From: Longimicrobiales bacterium
GTDB taxonomy: Bacteria > Gemmatimonadota > Gemmatimonadetes > Longimicrobiales > Gaopeijiaceae
NCBI GenBank assembly: GCA_963422615.1
Contig: OY730414.1
Coordinates: 1,240,001-1,304,000, forward strand
Reading direction: 5' to 3'
Length of the DNA stretch: 64,000 bases
Positions 11,300 to 20,871 of the stretch are shown here, in pieces. How positions within the stretch are numbered: position 1 is the first letter of the stretch; each line of letters begins with the position of its first letter. Made by a program: the position numbers and the translations under genes. The notes beneath the pieces are model-generated. The model did no database searches, was not told the DNA's origin, and saw only the letters and a list, made by a program, of their open reading frames with translations.

Positions 11300-12826
11300 A
11301 TGTTCCGATCTTTCGACGGCGGTGCCTTTCTGACCGGGGCGCATTTCGTCCGGGCCTTCGTGGCCTTCGCTCTGTTCCTCCTTGTTGTGGTGGGGCCGGG
11401 TACGGAAGTCCTTTCCGCTACGAGTGCCCCGGCTATGAGTGCCCCGGAATTTCATGGGAGCGTCTCTGCCACGCCCGAAGTCGGGGCTGCGGTTCCCTCG
11501 TCTCAGGAAGGGTCCGAAACGCCCGTATCAACCCGCCTTCGGGGATTTTTGGGCCTTCTCGTTCTTGCCGTGGCGGCGTGGGCTTTGAGTACGAACCGCA
11601 GGCGGATCCCCTGGCGGGTGGTTCTGTGGGGCCTCGGGCTCCAGTTCATTTTCGCGCTACTGATCCTGCGAACGCCGGTGGGGGCGAGCGTCTTCCAGGC
11701 CGCAAACCAGGTCATCGTGTCCTTGGTGGGCTTCACCCTGGAGGGCGCGAGCTTCCTCTTTGGCGACTTGGTCTGGAACAACGTCCCGGTCGGCAGCGGG
11801 GATCCGGGAAACGGCTCCTTCGTGGCAGAAGGGGAGCAGGTTGCGAGAACGGGGGCCTTTGTCGCCTTCAACGTGCTTCCCACGATCATTTTCTTTGCGT
11901 CCCTCATGACCGTCCTCTACCACTTGGGCTTCATGCAGTGGCTGGTCGGGGGGATTGCGTGGGCGATGCAGCGCACCATGGGGACGAGCGGTGCCGAGAC
12001 TTTGACGGCGGCTGGGAACATCTTTATCGGGCAGACGGAAGCCCCTCTCCTCGTGAAACCCTTTGTGGACGGCATGACCCGCTCGGAGCTCATGGCGGTG
12101 ATGACGGCAGGCTTCGCCACGGTGGCGGGCGGGGTCATGGCCGCGTATGTAGGGATCCTGGTGGGCTACTTTCCCGACATTGCCGGGCATCTGATGGCGG
12201 CTTCCGTCATGTCGGCGCCCGCCGCCCTGGTGGTCGCGAAGCTGATGGTTCCCGAAGAGGCGGAGCCCGAGACGGCGGGTGGCTTGCAAGCCAAGGTGGA
12301 GCGCCCCGACGTGAATGTGATCGAGGCGGCGTCCAGGGGGGCGGGGGAGGGGCTGCACCTGGCCCTCAACGTGGGCGCCATGTTGCTGGCTTTTCTGGCC
12401 ATGATTGCCCTGGCCAACGGCCTGCTGGCGTGGGGCGGTGGGCTGGTGGGGGTGGAGGGCCTTTCTCTTGAGGGAATCCTGGGGGCGCTTCTCGCTCCCG
12501 TAGCCTGGGTGATGGGTGTGCCCTGGGAAGAAGCGGCGGCGGTCGGCACCCTCATGGGCCTCAAGACGGTGGCCACCGAGTTCGTCGCGTACCTGGGACT
12601 CGCGGAAACCCTGACCCGAGACAACCTGTCGCCCCGTTCGGCGGCCATCGCCGCGTACGCGATCTCGGGATTCGCGAACTTTTCCTCCATTGCCATTCAG
12701 ATCGGCGGGATTGGGGGAATCGCCCCCCGGCGGAGGAAGGATCTCGCCCGTCTGGGCCTACGGGCCATGGTTGGGGGCTCGATCGCCGCCTTCATGACGG
12801 CGGCCATCGCTGGGGTCCTTGTCTGA
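11300..12826 (+). CDS. NupC/CNT family Na+- or H+-coupled nucleoside transporter
   Basis: VLPTIIFF, NIFIGQTEAP, GFATVAG, GFANFSS motifs; adjacent to a nucleoside phosphorylase. Start uncertain. Confidence 0.93.
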   Translation: MFRSFDGGAFLTGAHFVRAFVAFALFLLVVVGPGTEVLSATSAPAMSAPEFHGSVSATPEVGAAVPSSQEGSETPVSTRLRGFLGLLVLAVAAWALSTNRRRIPWRVVLWGLGLQFIFALLILRTPVGASVFQAANQVIVSLVGFTLEGASFLFGDLVWNNVPVGSGDPGNGSFVAEGEQVARTGAFVAFNVLPTIIFFASLMTVLYHLGFMQWLVGGIAWAMQRTMGTSGAETLTAAGNIFIGQTEAPLLVKPFVDGMTRSELMAVMTAGFATVAGGVMAAYVGILVGYFPDIAGHLMAASVMSAPAALVVAKLMVPEEAEPETAGGLQAKVERPDVNVIEAASRGAGEGLHLALNVGAMLLAFLAMIALANGLLAWGGGLVGVEGLSLEGILGALLAPVAWVMGVPWEEAAAVGTLMGLKTVATEFVAYLGLAETLTRDNLSPRSAAIAAYAISGFANFSSIAIQIGGIGGIAPRRRKDLARLGLRAMVGGSIAAFMTAAIAGVLV

Positions 12827-13736
12827 GCGGGCGGCGGGCCGGACCGCCGGGATAGAGGCGTGCGTCCGCATCCTTCGAGCGCGGAGCGGCCTGCGACCCC
12901 GCCTTCACTTCGTCCTCGGCTCCGGCCTGGGCGGGGTGGCGGACAGCGTACGCGATCCTGTGGTTGTCCCTTTCTGTGACCTGCCCGGGTTCCCGGAAAC
13001 TTCGGTGTCCGGTCACGCCGGGCGCTTCGTCCTGGGCTGTATTGACGGGGTTCCGGTTCTGGTTCAGGCCGGCCGTTACCACTTCTACGAAGGGTGGGGA
13101 GGCCAGGTTGTGGCGCGGCCGGTGCGCGTTGGGCATGCCTTCGGGGCTCGGATCCTGGTGCTCACAAATGCCGCAGGCGGAATTCGGCGGGACTTGGTAC
13201 CCGGGACCTTTATGCTGGTGGATGACCACCTGAATCTGGCCTTCCGGACCCCTCTGGCGGGTCCTCTGAGGGAAGGCGAAGCCCGCTTCCCCGACGTGAG
13301 TCGGCCCTATGACCCGGCGTTGGCGGAGCTGGCAGCTGGGGTTGCCCGTCGGGCCGGGGTTCCCTTGACTCGGGGGGTCTACGGCATGGTTCTCGGACCG
13401 AACTTTGAGACCCGGGCCGAGATTCGGGCCCTGAGAGCGGGAGGTGCCGACGCCGTAGGCATGTCCACGGTGCCCGAAGTCGTCATCGCTCGGGCTTTGG
13501 GGCAGCGCGTATTGGCGATTTCCCTCATCACAAATCGTGCGGCCGGTCTGGGTCCCGGAGACCTTTGCCATGAAGAGGTCATGGCCCTAGGAGCGTCGGC
13601 GGGAAAGGTCCTGGGCTCTCTGCTAAAGGACCTGGTCCCTCCCTTGGCGGCAAGCTCAGGGGCGTCGGATGATCCCCAGCCCGCTTCGGCCGCCGCCTCT
13701 CGAGTCCTGGGGGAGGGCCCAGCGAAGCGGGACTAG
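12819..13736 (+). CDS. Purine-nucleoside phosphorylase (trimeric type)
   Basis: VLGSGLG, GHAG, GRYHFYEG, TNAAGG, GPNFET, VGMSTVPE. Confidence 0.92.
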   Translation: MSERAAGRTAGIEACVRILRARSGLRPRLHFVLGSGLGGVADSVRDPVVVPFCDLPGFPETSVSGHAGRFVLGCIDGVPVLVQAGRYHFYEGWGGQVVARPVRVGHAFGARILVLTNAAGGIRRDLVPGTFMLVDDHLNLAFRTPLAGPLREGEARFPDVSRPYDPALAELAAGVARRAGVPLTRGVYGMVLGPNFETRAEIRALRAGGADAVGMSTVPEVVIARALGQRVLAISLITNRAAGLGPGDLCHEEVMALGASAGKVLGSLLKDLVPPLAASSGASDDPQPASAAASRVLGEGPAKRD

Positions 13737-13745
13737 AACCGGTGG

Positions 13746-14555
13746 CTAGGCGAAGTGGTTCACGGGTCCGGCTCCTGCCCCCAGACCCGGTGCCTCGGCG
13801 ATGGCGCGGCGCAACCACGCCACCGCTTGGGCGACGGCGTCCGGGAGGGCATCCCCCCGGGCGAGACCGGCGGTGACCGCGGCGCTCAGGGTGCATCCGG
13901 TACCGTGAGTGTGGCGGGTGCGGACCCTCGTACCGGAAAAAAGGCGCCGGGTCTTGCCGTCCCAGAAGAGGTCCGTCACCTTGCGGTCCTCCAGGCCCAC
14001 TCCGGCCAGGTGTCCCCCCTTGACCAGAGCCGCTCCGGCCCCGGCGTCCACAAGGGTCCGGGCCGCTGCCTCCATTCCGGCGATGCTTGGGTCCCCGACC
14101 CCGGTCAAGAGGACGGCTTCGGGCCAGTTGGGCGTAACGAGGGTGGAGAGGGGAAGGAGCTCGGCTCTGACGATCGGAACGGCGTCCCGGTCCAACAGGA
14201 GATCGCCGCTCGTGGCGGCCATGACGGGGTCCAGCACGTAACGGTCCAAGCCCTGGTCCCGAATGGCCGCGGCGACTGCCCGGACGGTCACTCCGTTGGC
14301 CAGCATCCCGGTCTTGACCGCCCGGGGACGGATGTCCGTGGCGACGCTTCGGATTTGGGCTACAACCACTTCGGCAGGAACGGGATGGACCTCTTGAACG
14401 CCGGTGGTGTTCTGGGCTGTCACCGCCGTGACCGCCGAGGTTCCGTAGACGCCCCACCGATGAAACGTCTTCAGGTCGGCCTGGATTCCGGCGCCGCCAC
14501 CACTGTCACTGCCGGCGATGGTGAGTGCGACCGGGGGAAAACCCCCGAGATTCAT
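13746..14555 (-). CDS. thiD: Hydroxymethylpyrimidine/phosphomethylpyrimidine kinase
   Basis: [38 protein letters not shown]. Confidence 0.96.
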   Translation of the reverse strand: MNLGGFPPVALTIAGSDSGGGAGIQADLKTFHRWGVYGTSAVTAVTAQNTTGVQEVHPVPAEVVVAQIRSVATDIRPRAVKTGMLANGVTVRAVAAAIRDQGLDRYVLDPVMAATSGDLLLDRDAVPIVRAELLPLSTLVTPNWPEAVLLTGVGDPSIAGMEAAARTLVDAGAGAALVKGGHLAGVGLEDRKVTDLFWDGKTRRLFSGTRVRTRHTHGTGCTLSAAVTAGLARGDALPDAVAQAVAWLRRAIAEAPGLGAGAGPVNHFA

Positions 14556-14587
14556 GGTTCGAACGTCCTGAACGGGAAGCGGAAAGC

Positions 14588-15346
14588 GTGATCAGCAAAG
14601 CTAAGCGCAGGCTGGTCAAACGGCTGAAAAGGCGGCGCGTTCGAGAGCGGGAAGGCTTGGCCCTGGTGGAGGGTCCCCGGGTTGCGGCCGAGGCCCTGGC
14701 GTCGTCGGCGGGGATCCTCTGGGCGTTGGTGGGAGAGGCGTATGCCGGGACGGACGTGGGCTGGAAGTTCCTTACCCAGTGCCGAGACCATGGCCTGGAA
14801 CCCGAATTCGCCCACGACGACCAAGTCCGTCGGCTCTGCTCAACGGAAGCACCCCAACCGGTGTTGATGGTTGTCCGTCCCCCGCCCCTCGAATCGCGAT
14901 CCCCGAATCGGGGTCGCTACTTGGTCACGGACGGCGTGCAGAACCCCGGTAACTTCGGCACTTTGGTGCGCTCGGCGCGAGGGTTCGGACTTGACGGAGT
15001 GGGGGTGGGAAGGGGTACCGTGGATCCCTGGAACGATAAGGTGATTCGGGCATCCGCGGGGGCCGTCTTTCGGATGCCCCTTTTCCGGCTTCCGGAAGGG
15101 TTTGCCCGTTCATCGGGCCCGCTGCCGAACCTTCTGTACGCGGATCCGGCGGGCGCGCCCCCGAACGCCGATGAGGTGGGGCCGGACTGGGTGCTGGTCG
15201 TCGGGAACGAGGGAAGCGGCGTGTCCCGGGGGTTCAGGCGCTTCGGCCTGGGGGTTGCCGTTCCCCTGGAGCCGGGCGTGGATTCCCTGAACGTGGCGGT
15301 TGCCGGATCAATCCTGATGTACCTCCTCTCCCGGCCGAGGCCGTGA
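14588..15346 (+). CDS. TrmH/SpoU family RNA methyltransferase
   Basis: NPGNFGTLVRSA, GNEGSG, SLNVAVA; start at GTG 14588. Confidence 0.9.
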   Translation: MISKAKRRLVKRLKRRRVREREGLALVEGPRVAAEALASSAGILWALVGEAYAGTDVGWKFLTQCRDHGLEPEFAHDDQVRRLCSTEAPQPVLMVVRPPPLESRSPNRGRYLVTDGVQNPGNFGTLVRSARGFGLDGVGVGRGTVDPWNDKVIRASAGAVFRMPLFRLPEGFARSSGPLPNLLYADPAGAPPNADEVGPDWVLVVGNEGSGVSRGFRRFGLGVAVPLEPGVDSLNVAVAGSILMYLLSRPRP

Positions 15347-16113
15347 GCGGCACCGTCGCGACCGGCTTCGCCGCCTTGGTGGGGGTTTGCGTCGGCTCGT
15401 TTCTGAACGTTTGCGTCTTCCGCTGGCCGGGGGGCGACTCCGTCCGGGAGCCTGCTTCCCGCTGCCTGGGTTGCGGTACGCCGGTGCGGTGGTTCGAGAA
15501 CATTCCCCTGGTGGGCTACCTGCTCCTGCGGGGCCGGTGTGCCCGCTGCGGGGTTCGCCTGAGCGTCCAGTACCCGCTGGTGGAAGCCGCGACGGGCTTG
15601 ATCTGGGCCGGCATGGTGCATCGGTGGGGGATGCACCCGGAGGCCCTTCGCGGAGGGCTTTTCCTTACCATCCTTCTGGGAATCTCCCTGGCGGACGTCC
15701 GCACCTATATCATCCCGGATCAGTTTACCGTGGGTGGAGCGGGAGCGGGGCTGGTTCTGGCGATTCTGCCGGGTGGGGTGTCTCTTGCGGAGGCCGCCAC
15801 CGGGGCTCTCCTGGGTTTCGGTCTCCTCTGGGGGGTTGCCGCTCTGGGCAAGATCCTCTTTCGCAGAGACGCCATGGGGGGCGGGGATGTGAAGATGATG
15901 GCCATGGTAGGAGCGTTCCTGGGTTCCGGGGGCGTCCTGGTGACCCTGTTCTCCGGGGCCCTGGCCGGTTCCGTGATCTTCGGTCCCGTCGCCTATCGGA
16001 CCGGCAAACTCGTGCCCTTCGGCCTCTTCCTCGCGTTGGGCGCTGGAGTCGCCTACAGCTGGGGGGAGGAGGTCATCCGCTGGTACATGGGCGTCGTCAT
16101 GTCCTTGTATTAG
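15343..16113 (+). CDS. pilD: Prepilin peptidase / N-methyltransferase
   Basis: GSFLNV, two CxxC motifs, MGGGDVK, VPFG. Confidence 0.92.
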   Translation: MSGTVATGFAALVGVCVGSFLNVCVFRWPGGDSVREPASRCLGCGTPVRWFENIPLVGYLLLRGRCARCGVRLSVQYPLVEAATGLIWAGMVHRWGMHPEALRGGLFLTILLGISLADVRTYIIPDQFTVGGAGAGLVLAILPGGVSLAEAATGALLGFGLLWGVAALGKILFRRDAMGGGDVKMMAMVGAFLGSGGVLVTLFSGALAGSVIFGPVAYRTGKLVPFGLFLALGAGVAYSWGEEVIRWYMGVVMSLY

Positions 16114-16181
16114 ACTTCGCTTCGCGCCTAAGGGAAACAGGCGAAACCCCACGACCCCTTAACCTTCCTCGACCAAACTCA

Positions 16182-17753
16182 ATGACCAAGGATCAGATTC
16201 TCGGTGCCCTCGGGATCGGGGACGCCAATCCGGGCGGCTTCGCCGGAGAATGGACCGGCTCGGGGCCCGCCCTCGACGTCGCTTCGCCCATTGACGGTTC
16301 GCGGATCGCCACGGTGAAGCAGGTCACCGAAGCCCAGTACGACGCGATTGCGGACAGGGCCCATCGGGCGTTTCTCGAATGGCGGCGGGTTCCGGCGCCC
16401 CGTCGGGGGGAAGTGGTTCGTCGGCTGGGAGACCGACTTCGGGCGAACAAGCCGGCGCTGGGTGCACTGGTGACCCTGGAAATGGGTAAGATCAGAGCGG
16501 AGGGAGAGGGCGAAGTCCAAGAGATGATCGACATCTGCGACTTTGCGTGTGGCCTTTCCCGGCAGCTCTACGGCCTGACCATGGGCAGTGAGCGGCCCGA
16601 CCATCACATGCGGGAACAGTGGCATCCCCTGGGCGTGGTCGGAGTGATCAGCGCCTTCAACTTTCCCGTGGCGGTCTGGTCCTGGAACGCGGCGGTGGCG
16701 GCGGTGTGTGGTGACGCGACCCTTTGGAAGCCCGCTTCCGGCACGCCCCTCACCGCGATTGCCGTCACGAAAATCGCATCCCAGGTCTGTCGGGAGAGTG
16801 GCGTGGACCCCGCGATTTTCAGTCTGGTGGTCGGCCGGGGTGCGACCGTAGGCGACCGGCTCCTTCGGGATCGGCGCATTCCCCTGGTCTCCGCGACGGG
16901 CTCGTGTGCGGTGGGCAGGCGAGTTGCCCAGGTCGTAGGGAAGCGACTGGGTCGCACAATCCTCGAGCTGGGCGGCAACAATGCCATCGTTGTCACCCCA
17001 AACGCCGATCTGGACTTGGCGGTTCCGTCGATTCTCTTCGGCGCAGTGGGAACGGCGGGGCAGCGCTGCACCAGCACGCGCCGGGTCATCGTGCATCGAT
17101 CGATTCGCGAAGAGTTGGTTTCTCGCCTCGTCCGCGCATACGGGAGTCTGCGCATCGGGGACCCCCTGGACGGAGACACCCTAATGGGCCCTGTGGTGAA
17201 CCGGCAGGCCCTGGAGGACCTGATGTCGGCGCGGCGGCGGGTTCAGGAGGAAGGGGGTGAGATTGTGTACGGCGGGGAGCGTCTTTCGGGGGATCGCTAT
17301 CCGGGCGGCTTGTACGTGACCCCGTGCATCGCGGCTGCGGAGAACCACTACCCGATCGTCCAGGATGAGACCTTCGCCCCGATCCTGTACGTCATCGGCT
17401 ACGGCAGCGCCGACACCTCCCCGGCCCGGGCCGTCGCCCAGCTGGACGAAGCCATTGCCCTGCACAACGCTGTTCCCCAGGGTCTTTCGTCGGCGATCTT
17501 CACCGACAACTTCCGAGAAGCCGAGCACTTCCTGTCCCACCGGGGCAGCGACTGCGGAATTGCCAACGTGAACATCGGCACTTCCGGGGCCGAGATCGGC
17601 GGCGCCTTCGGGGGAGAGAAGGATACCGGTGGCGGCCGGGAGTCGGGTTCGGACGCCTGGAAGTCCTACATGCGGCGTCAGACGAACACGGTGAACTGGA
17701 GCACCGCCCTTCCCCTTGCTCAGGGCATCGAGTTCGGGGGCCCGTCCGCCTAG
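16182..17753 (+). CDS. Aldehyde dehydrogenase, ALDH7/antiquitin-like
   Basis: AFNFP, ELGGNN, AGQRCT, ETFAP, EIGGAFGGEKDTGGGRESGSDAWK; true start ATG 16182. Confidence 0.92.
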   Translation: MTKDQILGALGIGDANPGGFAGEWTGSGPALDVASPIDGSRIATVKQVTEAQYDAIADRAHRAFLEWRRVPAPRRGEVVRRLGDRLRANKPALGALVTLEMGKIRAEGEGEVQEMIDICDFACGLSRQLYGLTMGSERPDHHMREQWHPLGVVGVISAFNFPVAVWSWNAAVAAVCGDATLWKPASGTPLTAIAVTKIASQVCRESGVDPAIFSLVVGRGATVGDRLLRDRRIPLVSATGSCAVGRRVAQVVGKRLGRTILELGGNNAIVVTPNADLDLAVPSILFGAVGTAGQRCTSTRRVIVHRSIREELVSRLVRAYGSLRIGDPLDGDTLMGPVVNRQALEDLMSARRRVQEEGGEIVYGGERLSGDRYPGGLYVTPCIAAAENHYPIVQDETFAPILYVIGYGSADTSPARAVAQLDEAIALHNAVPQGLSSAIFTDNFREAEHFLSHRGSDCGIANVNIGTSGAEIGGAFGGEKDTGGGRESGSDAWKSYMRRQTNTVNWSTALPLAQGIEFGGPSA

Positions 17754-18358
17754 GGGTCGCTGCAGTCCCGCTGGAATCCGCAGTTGAGGCAGACGATCTT
17801 GCAGTGTCGCTCCAGCACGGGGCCGTTGCAGAGGTCGCAGCCAACCTCCTTCAAGTAGCGGCGGGCAAGGGCCGCGTAGTGGGCTGCACTTCCCGCTGTC
17901 CACGCCCGGGCGCGTTCGCTGATGGGCCGGACCCTTCCGGGTACACCCGCTACCATGCGGCCGGGAGCAATTCGAGCGTCCTCCTTCACCACCGCGCCCG
18001 CTGCGATCAGGCAGTCGTGTGCCACTTCGGCTCCCTGAAGCACCGTCGCGCCCATCCCGACCACGGTCCTCCTGCCGATTCGGCAGCTGTCCAGGAGGGC
18101 CCCGTGGCCCACGGTCACTTCGTCCTCCAGGACGGTTGGCCCGGTTCCGCTTACGTGAACCACCGCATTGTCCTGGATGTTGGTTTCGGCTCCGATCCGA
18201 ATGCCGTGCTGGGCGTTGTCTCCCCGGATGACCGCGCCGAACCAGATGCTCGTTCGGGGTCCGATGTCCACATCCCCGACGATGACCGCCCCCGGTGCCA
18301 GGAATGCGGTTTCGGCGATCCGAGGCCGACGTCCCGCGAACGGCATGATCAGCGCCAT
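17750..18358 (-). CDS. Gamma carbonic anhydrase family protein with C-terminal Cys-rich zinc-ribbon extension
   Basis: IRGD, NIQDN..VH, VGH hexapeptide repeats; tail CDLC...HCKIVCLNCGFQRDCSDP. Confidence 0.88.
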   Translation of the reverse strand: MALIMPFAGRRPRIAETAFLAPGAVIVGDVDIGPRTSIWFGAVIRGDNAQHGIRIGAETNIQDNAVVHVSGTGPTVLEDEVTVGHGALLDSCRIGRRTVVGMGATVLQGAEVAHDCLIAAGAVVKEDARIAPGRMVAGVPGRVRPISERARAWTAGSAAHYAALARRYLKEVGCDLCNGPVLERHCKIVCLNCGFQRDCSDP

Positions 18359-19614
18359 CAGCTCTCCCCCGCTTCCCGCGCGGTTTCCGTCCGCCGGAGC
18401 CGAGCTCGGAGCACCTGCGTGTCCGAGGAATCGAGGACCTCGATCGTGGCTCCTCCCGCCTCCAGAGACGCACCCACCTCCGGTACTTGTCCCAGCTCTT
18501 CCACAATGAACCCATTCAGGGATCGGCTGTCTCCCTCGGGCAGGGCAAACCCGAAGCGCTGATTGATGTCCCGCAACTCTGCGCCCCCGGCCGCGATCAC
18601 CTCATCGGCGGAAAGGCGGGTCAGGGGTTCGTCGTCCACATCGGTCTCGTCCACGATCTCGCCGACCAATTCTTCCAGCACATCCTCCAGGGTGATCAGC
18701 CCGTCGGTTCCTCCGAACTCGTCGGCCACGATCCCCATATGGGTGCGCTTGGTGCGAAAATCCTGAAGGAGCTTGGCCAGGGAGAGGGAGCCGGGGACAA
18801 ACATGGGTTCCCGGGCCAGATCTGCGAGGGGGACTTCGGGTTTTCCGGCAACGTACGCACGGTACACATCCCGAACGTGGAGAATGCCGGTCACATCGTC
18901 GATGCTCTCCCCGTAGACGGGCACCCGGGAATGGGGCACGGTCTCCAATTCGGAGATGATGTCCCCCAGGCGTTGGGCGTCTTTCCACGCAAAGACGTCC
19001 ACCCTGGGGGTCATGACGTCCCACGCGTTGCGCTCATCAAGTTCGAAAGCCCGTTCAACCAGCCGATGTTCGTCGGATTCGACGATGCCCTCTCCGGCCC
19101 CGATCTGTAGCGCCTCCCTCACCTGACGCTCGTCGGTAGATCCGTCCTCCTTGCCGGATCCCCGAGAAATGAGCCGCTCCATCCGGTCCAGCGGAGAAAG
19201 CAGGTGGGCGAGAACGTCCGCGCTCCGCCGGAGCGCGGGCGCGGCCGCGAGGGCCAGGCGAACCGGGCTTCGGCTCCCGAAACCTCGGGGCACCACATCG
19301 CCTACGAGAACGATCAAGAGAAGGACGACGGCGCCGCCCCAGAGCCCCGGCAGTCCCCAGCGGACGACGGCCGCAGCGATTCCCGTTGCGATCGTCCCGA
19401 GAACGAAGATTGCCCGAAGGGCTCCCAACCGCACAACGCCGACTCGGTCTGCCCGAAACGCGGCAAGCGCGTCCGCTCCGGCGAAGCCTTCCCTGACCAG
19501 GATGCGGGCCCTCGAATCGCTAATCTTGAACGCGGCGGCGAGCGCGGCCGCAAGGATCGCTGACAGCGCCAGCAAGAACGCCGAGACCCCGGCCAGGCCA
19601 GCCGCTAGCGACAC
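18358..19614 (-). CDS. Hemolysin family / CNNM-CBS-CorC protein
   Basis: N-terminal TM helices, VMTPRVD, HSRVPVY, DEFGGTDGLITLED, CorC-like C-terminus. Confidence 0.9.
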   Translation of the reverse strand: MSLAAGLAGVSAFLLALSAILAAALAAAFKISDSRARILVREGFAGADALAAFRADRVGVVRLGALRAIFVLGTIATGIAAAVVRWGLPGLWGGAVVLLLIVLVGDVVPRGFGSRSPVRLALAAAPALRRSADVLAHLLSPLDRMERLISRGSGKEDGSTDERQVREALQIGAGEGIVESDEHRLVERAFELDERNAWDVMTPRVDVFAWKDAQRLGDIISELETVPHSRVPVYGESIDDVTGILHVRDVYRAYVAGKPEVPLADLAREPMFVPGSLSLAKLLQDFRTKRTHMGIVADEFGGTDGLITLEDVLEELVGEIVDETDVDDEPLTRLSADEVIAAGGAELRDINQRFGFALPEGDSRSLNGFIVEELGQVPEVGASLEAGGATIEVLDSSDTQVLRARLRRTETAREAGES

Positions 19615-19702
19615 GAGGTCGCCGCCTGATCCCTGGCCTCGCTTCGGGGCAACCTGCTCGAGTCTTTCCGACTCGGAGGTTGGTCCTCCGTAGACTGCGC
19701 GT

Positions 19703-20725
19703 CTAGGTCCATCTCCTGCTCTCGCTGAGTAGTTCTTCCACGACGTCTCGCGTGCTCATGCCCTCGGCCTCCCCGTCAAAGTTGACGACGATTCGGTGGG
19801 CGAGAATGGCAGGCGCGATGTCGCGCACGTCGTTGAGCGTCGGCATGGGGACCCCCCGAAACGCCGCCCGCGCCTTGGCCCCCAGCACTAGGTACTGGGA
19901 TGCGCGGGGCCCGGCACCCCAGCTGATGTACCGCTTCGCCACCTCGGCTTGCTCGGAACCGCCGGGCCGGGTGGAGCGCGCCAAGCGAACCGCGAACCCC
20001 ACGATGGAAGGCGGAACCGGAATGCGCCGAACCAGCCGCTGCAGCTCCAGGATTTCGTCCCCGTGAACGACCGGATCAACCCGCACGTCCTGCACCTCGG
20101 TCGTGAGTGTTGCGATCCTCTCTTCCTCTTCCCGGCCCGGATACCCGATCCGAAGGTCGAACATGAAGCGATCCAGCTGGGCTTCGGGAAGGGGATAGGT
20201 GCCCTCCTGCTCAATGGGGTTCTGGGTGGCCAGAACGAAGAACGGCGGATCGAGGGGATAGGTCTTTCCGGCAGCCGTGACGTCCCTCTCCTGCATGGCC
20301 TCGAGCAGCGCCGCCTGGGTCTTGGGAGGCGTCCGGTTGATCTCGTCGGCGAGAACGATGTTGGCGAAGATCGGACCGGGCACGAAGCGAAAAAGTCGCT
20401 CACCGGTGGCCTTGTTCTCCTCGATGACATCGGTTCCCGTGATGTCCGTCGGCATGAGATCCGGGGTGAACTGGATCCGGGAGAACTTGAGGTGGAGGGC
20501 ATCGGCCAAGGTCGAGATGATGAGGGTCTTCGCAAGCCCCGGGACGCCGACCAGGAGGACATGTCCGTTCGCCATCATGGCGGTGAGGATCCCGTCCACG
20601 ATGTGTTGCTGGCCGACGATCCGCTTCTCCACGGCGGTTCGCAGCTCGTCGGCGATTTTTCCCGCCCTTTGGAGGAGGCGGACATCTCGGTCGCCGCCGG
20701 CTTCGACGGAGAGGGTAGGGTTCAT
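19703..20725 (-). CDS. MoxR family AAA+ ATPase
   Basis: GVPGLAKT, RIQFTPDLMP, ADEINR, ATQNPIEQEGTYPLPEAQLDRF. Confidence 0.95.
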   Translation of the reverse strand: MNPTLSVEAGGDRDVRLLQRAGKIADELRTAVEKRIVGQQHIVDGILTAMMANGHVLLVGVPGLAKTLIISTLADALHLKFSRIQFTPDLMPTDITGTDVIEENKATGERLFRFVPGPIFANIVLADEINRTPPKTQAALLEAMQERDVTAAGKTYPLDPPFFVLATQNPIEQEGTYPLPEAQLDRFMFDLRIGYPGREEEERIATLTTEVQDVRVDPVVHGDEILELQRLVRRIPVPPSIVGFAVRLARSTRPGGSEQAEVAKRYISWGAGPRASQYLVLGAKARAAFRGVPMPTLNDVRDIAPAILAHRIVVNFDGEAEGMSTRDVVEELLSESRRWT

Positions 20726-20871
20726 AGCATTCCCAAAGAGGGCCGCCGGAGCCGTTTCGGATCGGCGAACACGAAGGGCCGAAGTATACGCCTAGCCCGG
20801 TTTGTCGGTCAAGAAGCGGGCCTTCCCGAAAACGCATGCGGGCCTCTCCGCCACCCCGACTGACCCATCTG

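Noticed and set aside
13746..14587. TPP riboswitch near thiD (and near thiE at 36490-37155)
   Set aside because: No CTGAGA...ACCTG...GCG(N)AGG core seen; thiD has about 30 bp of upstream space and thiE overlaps mltG.
15387..16181. 788-aa ORF suggesting a large N-terminal fusion to the aldehyde dehydrogenase
   Set aside because: The extension overlaps pilD in another frame and is Arg/Gly/Pro-rich; ALDH similarity starts at ATG 16182.
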